The notes below the pieces were generated by a model that was not told the DNA's origin, did not search any database, and saw only the letters and a program-made list of their open reading frames with translations. Position numbers and translations under genes: made by a program. A DNA stretch of 64,000 nucleotides, from positions 1,240,001 through 1,304,000 of the forward strand of contig MU057701.1 of NCBI GenBank assembly GCA_013265495.1. Direction: 5' to 3'. This stretch comes from Vicugna vicugna (Eukaryota). Shown here piece by piece: positions 1 through 11,220 of the stretch; within the stretch, counting starts at the first letter, position 1, and each line of letters opens with the position of its first letter.

Positions 1-475
1 ATGTATTTGTTTTCATATTCTTTTTTATTATAGATTACTATAAGATACTGAATATAGTTCCCTGTGCTATACTGGAGAATCTATTTTATATATAGTTGTT
101 TATCTATTTTATATATAGTAGTTAGTATTTGCAAATCTCTGTCTCCCAATTTATTCCTTCCCACTCTCTTTCCCCCAAGTAACCATATTTGTTTACTATG
201 TGTGAGTCTGTTTCTGTTTTGTAGACAAGTTCATTTGTGTCTTTTTTGTTTTTTTTTTAGATTCCACATATCATATGGTATTTTTCTTTCTCTTTCTGGC
301 TTATTTCACTTAAAATGATGATCTCCACGTCCATCCATATTGCTGCAAATGGCATTATTTTATTCTTTTTATGGCTGTTCAGTATTCCATTGTATAAATA
401 TACCACAGCTTCTTTATCCAGTCATCTGTCAATGGACATTTAGATTGTTTCCATGTCATGACTATTGTGTATAGT
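1..475 (-). mobile_element. young camelid-type L1 3' fragment
   Basis: reverse complement of L1 ORF2 end and 3' UTR; same 3' UTR type as 16779-17174 and 34000-34441. Confidence 0.85.
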
Positions 476-1085
476 CATTGCAGCATTATTTACAACAGCC
501 AAGCTATGGAAGCAATCTAAGTGTCCATTGATAGATGAATGGATAAAGAAGATGTGGTATATATACCCAATGGAATATTACTCAGCCATAACAAAGAATG
601 ATATCTTGCCATTTGCAACAACATGGATGGACGTAGAGGGTATTATGTTAAGTGGAAAAGTCATACAGAGAAAGACAAAAACTGTATCATTTCACAGATA
701 TGTGTTATCTAAAAAACAAAACAAATAAACAAACATAACAAAACAGAAGCAGACTCATAGATACAGAGAACAAATTGCCAGATTGTTTGAGGGGAGTGAT
801 TGCCAGAGGGGAGTAGGTGGGGAGGTGAGTGAAATAGGTGAGGCAGAATTAAGAGGTACAAACTTCCAGTTATAAAATAAATAAGTCACATGATATAATG
901 CACAGTGTAGAGAATATAGTCACTAATATTGTAATAACTTTGTATGGTGACATGGCAACTAGCCTTAACCTGGTGATCATTTTGTAATGTATACAAATGT
1001 AGAATCACTATGTTGTACCCAAGAAACTAACATAATATTGTAAGTCAATTATACTTCAATTCTAAATTATAAATAAATAAATTAA
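476..1085 (+). mobile_element. older L1 3' fragment (L1MA9-like)
   Basis: ORF 465-728 encodes the L1 ORF2 C-terminus (AALFTTAKLWKQSKCP..DEWIKKMWYIY.MEYYSAI); 3' UTR and A-rich tail follow. Confidence 0.9.
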
Positions 1086-1414
1086 ACTTAAAATTTCTAT
1101 TAGAATATCACTAATTAAGGATAAGTCTCCTCCAGATGTTTCATTTTCCAAAGATCTTACCATTTCCATTAAAATGAACATGAATAAAGACTTTGCAGTT
1201 TCCAAGCTGTGTGGCTGCAGCACCATAAGCTCTCCCTAAGACAGCCTTCCAGTTTTCATTATCTCGATTCCCAAGTCTTGAGGCATATTACTTAATCTTT
1301 ATTTGATGAAATATGGTAGATTGAAAGTTTATCAGGAAAACACTTTAAGTGATTGGCGTGATTCACGTGTTTAATTACATCACCCAGAGATGACTGTGGA
1401 GGGTTTGACACTAT

Positions 1415-1810
1415 CTGTCTGATGACAGGTTCCTAAGCAACAGAGCCTGAGGTGGGACTCTTGAGTAGGTGATTTATTGAGGAAGTGATTGAAGAAGGGA
1501 AGGGGGCTGGTGAGTAGGACAGGACAGGGGAAGAAACCACACAAAGATAAGGGTCCAGCTGAATTTGACCTACTGCTTGCTCTCATGGGGAGATTTGGGA
1601 TGTGAGTTGTATCATGGGGTCTGATCCATCCTCTGGCAAGGGAGCTGGATTTTTACACCCCACCCTCATTGTTGAGTCATTGGTCATGGGCCTGCGGGTG
1701 GTGCACAGAACCACCCAGGTGTCTCTGGACAAGCAAGCTGACCTCCAGGGAGGATGAGCCACTCAACACAGTCTGGAGGAGGAGAGCTGGGCCTGCCCAA
1801 TAGCACTCGC
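1415..1810. mobile_element. old MaLR/ERVL-type LTR remnant (MLT1-like)
   Basis: cagagcctgaggtggga...gtgatttattgagg motif typical of old MLT1 LTRs. Confidence 0.5.
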
Positions 1811-2045
1811 CCACCACCAGACTAAAGGGTCTAGAAACAGTTTGGAAAATCTTGGCTGAAACTTTAGATTGCCCAGATTTCCTCTCTACCCTGCTCTAGT
1901 GCTCCTACTCTGTACAAAATCCAGAAAGGTTTTCATGAAACATCACTGAAACCATATTTCTCAACCCTGACAGTAAAATGTGGGTATAGTATTTCACATG
2001 TTCCTTCCCCTTTAAGAGATGAACAAAACCCAATAAACTATTTTT

Positions 2046-2260
2046 TCTTATGTATATATTTTTTTATTGAAGTATAGTCAGTTTACAATGTTGTGCCAAT
2101 TTCTGGTGTACAGCACGTTTCAGTCATACATGAATATATATATTCATATATATTCATTTCATATTCTTTTCATTTATTCATTTTCATATTCTTTTTCACC
2201 ATAGGTTACTACAAGATATTGAATATAGTTCCCTGTGCTATACTGTATGCACTTCTTGTT
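2046..2260 (-). mobile_element. 5'-truncated L1 3' end with 16-bp TSD
   Basis: TSD ccaataaactattttt at 2030-2045 and 2261-2276. Confidence 0.9.
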
Positions 2261-2599
2261 CCAATAAACTATTTTTGAAGACTTAAATTTTACATTATAA
2301 GTAACTTAAAAATACATATTAGTTCATCAACCAACTGCAACATACGGATTTTAGTTGAGCCCAGATTTGAACAACCAAGCTAGAAAGACCTTAGGGGTAA
2401 TGTGAAGACTGAGTGGATTTTTGATGATATTAACGTGTACTGTTAATCCTTTAGGTGTTATAATTGTACTGTGATTATGTTTAACCAAAATAAAAGAGTT
2501 CTTATAAAAAAATACATGTTAGGGAAATAGTTGACACTTTGGGGGAAATGATGGAAATTTTGTTGCCTTAGTTTATAAATTTTTCAAATTTGTTTTCTT

Positions 2600-3200
2600 A
2601 TTGCCATAGTTACATTTTACAATAAGCAGGACCATTAATTTAGGTCACAGTGATACACCCATGCTTTTTATTCTTTTTTGAAATTCTATTAATTTCCTGT
2701 CTAAAAATAAGTATTTAAAACTCTACATAAGATTGCATTAAAAAAAATTCTGATAGCAGTTTCTGAACATTATCACTTGCTTTATAGATACAATTTTGAT
2801 TGTAAAATTTCCAGAATTTTTATTATTTCACAGACCAGTGTGAAACAGATTTAAGGTATTCTCTTCATTATTTTTCTCACTGGGATTGTAGAATTTATTA
2901 AAGCAATGAGCTTCGCCAGAACAAAATTATCATTCTGATGAGATATATTTAGTATTTTCAATTTTTCACATCATAACTTCTGAGCCCTATTTGTTCCCAA
3001 CATAACTTCTGAGTGATGTTCATGTTTTTTGGTGATAATAATCAAATTGTTTTTCGTTCCAGAAATAGAAATCATTTACTTTATTTTGTACTGCTGCTTG
3101 TACAGTGTAAAAAGACAGTCTGGGCTGTTCTGATTTGAGCAGAAGATGTTCTGGGCTGCAATTCACTATTCACTTCATTTCTGATTTGTTCCCACAGATT
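2600..3200 (-). mobile_element. possible degraded hAT transposase relic
   Basis: minus-strand fragments LQPR...QTVFLHCTS and ILEILQSK resemble hAT motifs; heavily decayed. Confidence 0.3.
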
Positions 3201-3202
3201 CT

Positions 3203-3330
3203 GTACTCGGTTGAATAGTGCCCCCTAGAATTCATAGCCACCCCAGAACCTTAGAATGTGAGCTTACTTGGAAACAAGGTCTTTGCAGATGTAATTAGTT
3301 AAGATGAAGTCACACTAGTGTCCTTAAAAG
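3203..3330 (+). mobile_element. MLT1 (MaLR) LTR 5' fragment
   Basis: tgtactcggttgaatagtgcccc...gaatgtgagcttacttggaaac..ggtctttgcagatgtaattagttaagatga. Confidence 0.75.
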
Positions 3331-4604
3331 AAGGCAGCTTTGTGATTCCTTGTAGGGGCTAGGGCTGGCAGAGACTCTGATAATTTCCTCTTGTTCTCCG
3401 GTTCTCCCATATCAAGACGGCTGGGCTGCTGCAGAGGAGGGGGCTCCATCCCTGGACTCCAGAGTGATGCCCCCTCTCAGGGAAAGGGGTGCTAAGGATT
3501 CTGGGGAGATCCAGTCAGTTCACCGGCCAGTTGCCAGCCTCACCTTCCTTGTCCTGATTCTTCCTGGGACTTGTTCCATCTGTTCACAGCTGTGAATAGT
3601 GAGCTTTGGTGTCCCTGCCTGGTCTGGGCCAGTGACCTCCCAGTTGTAGGGGGTCACTACTCAGGAATGACACCATGTGAGTGGATTCCCCAAGGTCTTT
3701 CCTGCCTCTCTGGGTTTGCTGTGCTCTCAACAATAGTCTTTCAAGGACCAACAGGGAAGATCTAGCACTTACTGAGTATCTCCTGGCCAGGGGTCAGCCC
3801 ATCAGATGGGCCAGATCAGTCCATCCTCATAATAACCCTGTGAGTTGTTCTGTTTCACAGATGGGAAAACCGTTCAGGAATAGAACGAAGTCTCCAGCTG
3901 GTAGAGGCAGATCTGGAATATTAACTAAGATGCCTAGCCACACCGAGCTGTGGTAGATAGCTTGTCTTTAGTTACTTAAATTATAGGATGTTGTTGACAT
4001 TGTTCTTTTGTTACACAGCTATATTGCAATATAATTTACATACTGTAAAGTTGAAAGTATACAGCTCAGTGATTTTTAGTATATTCACAAAGAGATGCAA
4101 CCACCACCATGGTCTAACGTTAGAAGATTTTTATTACTCTGGAAAGAAATCCCAAAAAGATGAGATATTTTGGAGCCATTTTTTTTTAAATGATGTAGTT
4201 CTCTATGTATTTAAACGAAAATATATTCCTGATGAGCAAAAGGTTCAGAAAAGCATGTTGCAGAAAATATATAAGATATCCTATCTGTTCGTAATAGTAC
4301 ATATATATACGCATACCTACACTTGTTTATGTATTTGTTCATTCCTTTATTTGTATATCCATAGAGTACTATGTCTAGAGAAAGGAATGGGGAAGTTTTA
4401 TTTTAAACACTTTTTAAAGTATTTTTATGCTATAAATTTTATATAATATTTTTACATCAATGCTATGTTTCTACTAGAAATAATAATCAAGAGTGAAATA
4501 ATCAGTGGAGATATCCAAAGCTGATAAAGAAGTGTTAGAAGTCACTGATATAAATTTGAAGATGGAAGAAATGATTTGTGTGTGTGTGTGTCTAACCTAA
4601 CATT

Positions 4605-4618
4605 CCATTAGGTGGCGC
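4605..4618 (+). promoter_or_regulatory. candidate CTCF site
   Basis: CCATTAGGTGGCGC, one mismatch to the CCASYAGRKGGCRS core. Confidence 0.55.
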
Positions 4619-5075
4619 CATTGTAAAATTTCTGTAATTTCAAATGGGCTATGGAAGGAACACACCCATTAAGTGTTCCTGCCTATAAAATTATTGTTTT
4701 TGCTTGCTTTTCTTTTAAGTCCCTTGAAAAAGAAAAAGAAAGTTAAAGCTCCCTTCAATAATAGCCTGTTATTTCAGGCCAGTGAGGGTAAATGAAATGA
4801 GGTGCTTATTAAAGGAATTTAGTCATTAGATGAAAAATACTGTCAAATGCATGTGAAAAGGGCACTTGGGGGCAAGTAATTTTTTCTTAGTCCAGTAAAA
4901 ATTCACCACTGATACCCTAGTTACCAGAAGTGCAAAATGCTGTCTGCTACTTTGGAATTTCCCATACTCCTGTGCAGGCTGGGATTCCTACCTTTTTTTT
5001 CTTCATCAACAACTCCTTCATTATTCCTCTTTCCTAAATCACATTATTGGGAAGATATTATCCAAAATAGCATTT

Positions 5076-5537
5076 TCTGGGGTGAGGGGAGGAGATAAAT
5101 TAAAAAATTGGGATTAACATATACACACTACTATGAATAAAATAGATAACCAGCAAGGGCCTACTACATAGCACAGGGAACTATATTCAGTATCTTCTAA
5201 TAACCTATAATGGAAAAGAATAGACTTACATGTATACATACAACTGAATCACTTTGCTGTACACCTGAAACTAACATAACACAGTAAATCAACTATACTT
5301 CACTTTTAAAAAGTCTGAAAATAAAATAAACAAAACAAAACAAAACAAAACAGAAAAAGAAACTCCGGAGAGCTCTCTCACTTCTTCCCCACATGAGGAC
5401 GCAGTGAAAAGTAGGCCATCTGTGAACTAGGAAGTGGGCCCTGACCAGACACCACATCTGCCAGCACCTTGATCTTGGACTTCCTAGCCTCCAGAACTGT
5501 GAGAAATAAAAGTGTGTTGTTTAAATTTTTTTTTAAA
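5076..5537 (+). mobile_element. L1 3' end plus MLT1A-like LTR fragment inside one TSD pair
   Basis: TSD aaaatagcattt at 5064-5075 and 5538-5549; L1 3' UTR, (CAAAA)n tail, LTR piece ending soon after AATAAA 5505. Confidence 0.75.
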
Positions 5538-6999
5538 AAAATAGCATTTACCAAATAGTTACAGACTTTTCTATTTTCTATTTATGTATGTATGTATTTG
5601 ATTAATCGAAGTTGCTAATAGACAAAGGGACAGCCTTGCTGGCTTGATAGAATTCCAGCCAAAACCTGGAGGAACTTGAACTGGGTGGTGAAAACAAGGG
5701 CCTTGGGGTCAGCCCCCTGACCAGCTGTGGCACTGTGGCGAGTTATTGTAGCTGTACCAGCCTCTTGGGACTGAGCCACAGTGCATATAAATCACACGTT
5801 GCTCTACAAGAAACGTCAGTTACACCATCGGCATTTTGTTCAGCATGTGCTGCCTTAAGATTCTGTTTCACTGACCTACCCATCACTCACCCCAGAGCTC
5901 ACAAGTTGGGCGCTGGGGTTCTGGGTTTACCTCCGGGCTGACAGTGATGCTCACCAGTGCTTCTCTTCCCTGCTTGAAATGCTCAGATCGCCCTGTTTAT
6001 ATTGTTGGTGAGCTAAGTAATGGGATTCTTAGTTTTATAGTTTTGCAAACTGTCACTGAAGCATCCACTTTGAGGGGCCATTTTTTGTGAAATCCTCTGG
6101 TTCTGAAATAGTACCACAGAAGAGTAAAGAGCCGAGTGGAATGTTGGTTGATGAGTCCTTTTCATTCAGAAGGATCAGTTTGCAGATCTCAGGTGGGGTG
6201 AATCTGAAGAACAAATTATCGTAATTTTGACAGTTGGTCAGAATTTGGAACCCGGATTGCTTAGAGCCAGACCTACCAACAGATGGCTTCATCTCTACCA
6301 GGGACGGGTGCAACTATGCCAGTTCTGAAAAGGGAACATGCTCTTACTGATTGCAAAATGCAATTCTGTAGGCAAACTCCACAGATAAAGGAAAGTTAAT
6401 TTTCCTTCACTGGAGGAGGTAAAAAAATTCTCTCCTGTAGGAGGGAGATAAGAGGAATTTTTCTGTCTCTGCTTTTAATGGTATTAGTGTGACTGTTTTG
6501 TGTGTGTTGATAAGTAGGTGTATAAAGGGCTTCCAGTTCTTTACTTGGTGGCCTCCTTAAGAACAGGGAAGTGTTATACTTATTTGTGTAGCCCCCTGCC
6601 CAGTCTGTGCAGAGCATTCATTGCCCACCCAGCTGATGAGAGCTGAATTGCTGGGCAGCAATTAGCGAGGGGGTGAGGTGGGCATGACTTTGGAGTTTGG
6701 AGCACCTGCCAAGCAGAGGCCTGTTCAAACTCCCTGGTTTACCCTGCAGTGTTTCTAACCCTGAGCTCTTGCTCTCTGCAGGCCCCTAGCTCCAGGAAAA
6801 CAAAGCTATAGTGACTATTTAAATTTCTTACACTGATGACTTCTATGGGTTCCTGTGCTGGTGAGATTTTTCTTTTGTTTTGTTTTACAGTTGTATTTTG
6901 CCAGAGGTGAGAGTGGGGAGGAAACGGAGAGGGTGTACAGAAGGGAAAACTGTACTTTTCTTTAAGCACCAGTATTAATCTAGGCACTGTGCTAAGTTT

Positions 7000-7400
7000 A
7001 ACAGCTAAGTATCATTTACCTGCCATAAAATTCACCCATTATAAGTGTACACTTCAAAGACTTTTAGTTAGGATGTGGTGGTCCTAACTAATAGGATGAC
7101 CAGTTAAGTTTGAATTTCAGATAAACAGCAAACACTTTTTTGGTATAAGTATGCCCCTATGCAATATTTGGGATATATTTACACTAAAAAGATTATTGGT
7201 TTGCTTATTTGAAATTCAAATTTAACAGAACATCCTATATTTTTATTTGCTAGATTTCAGAACTCTGTATTTCGTAAATATGTAGAGTTGAGCAACCATC
7301 AACGCAATCTGGTTTTAGAACATTCCCATCACCCCAGAGTTCCTTCTTGCCCATTTGCCGTCAATCCTTAATCCCTCCCCAAGTCCCCGGCAACCACTGG
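7000..7400 (-). mobile_element. L1MB-like 3' end interrupted by MER3/MER33-like hAT element (~7070-7262)
   Basis: ccataaaattcacccat...tagaacattcccatcacccca flanking agttaagtttgaatttcagataaac...gaaattcaaattta. Confidence 0.7.
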
Positions 7401-10400
7401 TCTGGGCAAACCCGGAGAGGCAGGAAAGACCTTCATCAAATCTTTGTCAATTTGATGAAGGCAGAGGAGAGGGAAGGGGGTTATTTTTGTTTTTTGTTTT
7501 TTATTTGTTTTGCTGCAAAAAACAGCAAATTGTTTCCATTTGATTCAAGGCTTGAGAGAGGGGTCCGGGGTGGTTAAAAAGCTGCCTAGTGGCTACAGAG
7601 AGAGGTTTCAGCTGTTATACAACTTGGTATAAACTGTACTTACACAGAGTTTGGTTTCATTTTTTTCTTCTGAGACCACAGAGAAGGCTGGCTGCCCTAC
7701 ATGGGGTTTAATTTGTCTTTTGCCACACACCTCACAATATGGTGTGGTAAATTCTGTGGGACCCGAGAAAGCAGGCCTCTGAAATGCAGTCATGCAGGTT
7801 ATTTGAATCTCTCGGTGTTTATACCTGGGTAACCCAGCTGTGGTGAGGGCTGAGAGCCTCCTGGCCTGGCACTGAGAGTGGGGACCCTTTCCAGGCCCAG
7901 CCACGGCAGAGCAGGAGGAAGGGAGGGCTCTCAGGCGATCGGAGGGGGCCATTCAAGGATGCTGCAAGCTACACTGGCCAAATGCTAATCCTTGGCTACC
8001 TGGGTCCAGTCTTGGAGTGTCTTAACTAAGTGAAATATTACATGTCAAGGTACCTCACACCATGCCTGGTGTGTAAACGTAGTTAGAAAACACCCTCCCG
8101 TGAATTCAGCGTTCATTTGACACATGTTGCTGAAAACACACTAAGTCTTCAGCAGCCAGTGTTTACTGAGCAATAGCTGTGTGCCAGCGTTTTCTAAATG
8201 CTTTATGTGTGTTGACATCTAATCCTCACAAACACTGTAAGGCAGATACTGTCAACACCCCCATCTTGCTTATGAGTGGAGGTTCAGAGAGGTTAAGTCC
8301 CCCAAAGTCACACAGCCAGTCTGGGCCTAGCAGAGAGGCTTTTCTTACTGCTACTCTATTCTGCCTCATAATATGACGTGGTAAATTCTGTGGGAGCTCA
8401 GAAAGCAAGGTGTTTGAACCACGGGGAAACCTTCCCAGGCACCTCCCCTGAGGAGGTAGCTGACCAAACAACCAAGGAACAGCATTCCAGTTAGAGGGAA
8501 TGGCATATGCAAAGGTAAGCAGCAAGAGAATGTGGAATGATGAAGAGTAACCAAAGAGGCTTGGGACAAATGACATTTCAGAGCATTTCAAAAAGACTGG
8601 AATTTTCCTTGGGGAAAAATAGTCTAATTTTAGCAAGGGAAAGAGTCTCAGATGAGAGCCCTGGGGACCTTCAGGAGCGACTTGCAGCAACTGTTTTAAC
8701 TTGCTGAGTTGTCTCTGGCCCATTTCTCTCCCTCACCAGGCCTGTTCTTCCATTGAAAAAAAGGCTAATAATACCTGTGTGTGTGTTCACATAATAGAAC
8801 CCAGAATCGTGTAGGGCTTAACGTAGGTTAAAGAATAATGTAGGTGGCATACATGGAGAAGCTTTCTGGTTGGTATGTGGCCACCCAGGGGTGATGTAGT
8901 GCTGGGCCCGCCTGGTCACCCAGGCACCTGTGCCTGATGTGCACCTTTAAGAGAAGCCGAAACCCCTTCCCTTCCACTCTCAGTGGTGGAGGATTTTCAG
9001 TGCTGATTTCCATCTAGCAGAGACCGCCTCTTTCTTCCTCTACCTGTGGCTCAGCCTGGAGAGGCAGGCACCAGGCATCTAACCAAGTCCGGAGCTGAGA
9101 ATGTGTTTGCAGGGACCAGAGGAAAGGAAAAATCCTCTCGCCGAAGCTCCCTCTCTGGCTTCCTGGTGATTTATCACTCTGGAAACGGAACTCCTTTCCT
9201 CTCTGCTGCCGGTTGGCTGGGGTGGGGTGGGGGGCGCATTGTCAGTGCTGTTGCCGCACAGATCAGAAGTTCCTTCCTCTTTCCTGTTGCACAAATGCCA
9301 CAGTGACCACCGTTGTCCAAGAACTGCGGCTCACACCTGAAGAGCTGGATCTTGGGAAAAAACAATCTCATTTGATTCCCTAGGGGCTATGGGGGCCTTC
9401 TGGGTAAGCAGTGAGGGCCTGAGAACAATGCGGGTGTGAGAACAATGAGCCTCCAGGGCCCAGTGGGGGGCCCTGCTTTCCCCTCCCCTTCCTTCAGCTT
9501 TCCAGCCGCCTTAGAAAAATAGATTGACAGGCAGACCCAGGTAGTCCATATTGTTAGGTGGCAGAAAAGGTAAGCTCAGAGTGCCTTTGTGTGGGCAAAG
9601 CCGTCTCTGAGAGCGGGGCAGATGTGATTACAGGCAGGGCAGAGCCCCCTTACACTTCCTGTGCCCACCTACCTGTGGAGATCCCAGGAGAAGCCTGTTC
9701 TTGGAGGGCAACGTTTGCAGATGGAGAGCAAATGTGGATACAGGGGAAGGGAGATGCAGATGCAGGCAAGGTGGGTATTCAGAGGAGACTGCACACAGGT
9801 TCACGTGAGTTCTGTCAGCTGGAGGCCTGAGGAGAGCCGGCTCTACTGGGGTCGGTCCAGCACTCAGGCCGTTCCTTAAAGGCCAGTGCCTGGGCTGGAG
9901 CACCCTCGGCCTGACATCACACTTACCGGGCCTGGTCCCGGGTATAAGGATACAGGGTAAGTGGTGAGTAGGGGTCCTAGAGACAATGAAGAATGCTGAG
10001 ATAATGTCAGGCCCACTTGTTGGCTGCGGGGACAGGTCATGGCCAACCTCAGGGGTCTTCTCTGTAGGTTGACCTAAGGGATGGCTGTAAGCCTCATCCT
10101 ATTGGGGGGAAAGAGAGGACTGAGGGCATTAATTTCACTGTTCAAGAGGTCCATCAAGAGTAAGTGTCTGGATGAAACTGGTCTTGAAATTATCCAGAAA
10201 AGAAACACTTCACTTAGGAGGAGCTGGTGCATTTCAGTGCATCTCTGGAATAATGTTCAAAACTACCCTTTACCTCCTTGAACATCCAGATCTTTCCCAC
10301 GTCTTTCCTAGGTCTCAGAATATTCCTGTTCTCTTTCCATCTAGAATATCCTTTCATTGGGGAGAGGATTTCCAAGGTTCTTCCAGAGTCTAAGTAGCAG

Positions 10401-10859
10401 TGTTAAAATTCATGTTTTACCTTTCTCAGCATAACCCCTGGACTCCAGGGGAGCCCCAGCCTTTAGCGAAAAGCAGATGGTGACAGAGTTGGTCCTGCCA
10501 AATACCTTCAGAGCAGCTCAGCTCACTTCTTCCTCTTGGTATGAGAGAATGAACCTCTTTGAGGAGGACATTCCACTTCTCCCTGATTCTCACTGCGTGC
10601 TCAGGGACCAGCAGAAGTGGGGGACTTACGTGCAATGCTCAGCTTCCTCCTCACTGTCCCGGAGGTTCTCGCTCCCCATGAGACCCCACGGAGAACTGGA
10701 GGGGCTGCCCAATGCAGTAATCCCCCAACAACACCTGCCTCAGGGAGCATCTGAACAGCACTTGAACCCTGTAGGGACAGGAAACTGGTCCATTTTTTAC
10801 AAATAGAGACTTATTTTGAGGTAATAGTAGATTCATGTGCGTTTGTAGTAAATAATACA

Positions 10860-11220
10860 GAAAATGATACCACTCATATGTGAAATCTAAAAAAGGGGGT
10901 GGGGAGGACACTGTGAGCTCATCTACAAAATAAACAGACTCTCAGATAGTAAACAGTATTATGGTTACCAAGGAAAGAGGGTGGGAACGGGTAAATTTGA
11001 TAGTTTGAGATTTATAAATGTTAGTTACTATATATAAAAATAGATTTTAAAAAGTTTCTTCTGTATAGCACAGGGAACTCTGTTCAATATCTTGTAATAA
11101 CCTTTAATGAAAAAGAATATGAAAAGGAATATATGTATGTATATGCATGACTGGAACATTGTGCTGTACACCAGAAATTGGCACATTGTAACTGACTGTG
11201 CTACAATTAAAATAAATAAA
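10860..11220 (+). mobile_element. young camelid-type L1 3' end nested in an older minus-strand L1 (~10800-11770)
   Basis: tagcacagggaactctgttcaatatcttgtaataacctttaatgaaaaagaatatg 3' UTR. Confidence 0.8.

Noticed and set aside
6053..6313. Minus ORF with an env-like IPLGSLLFCG motif
   Set aside because: Single short motif with no other retroviral features nearby
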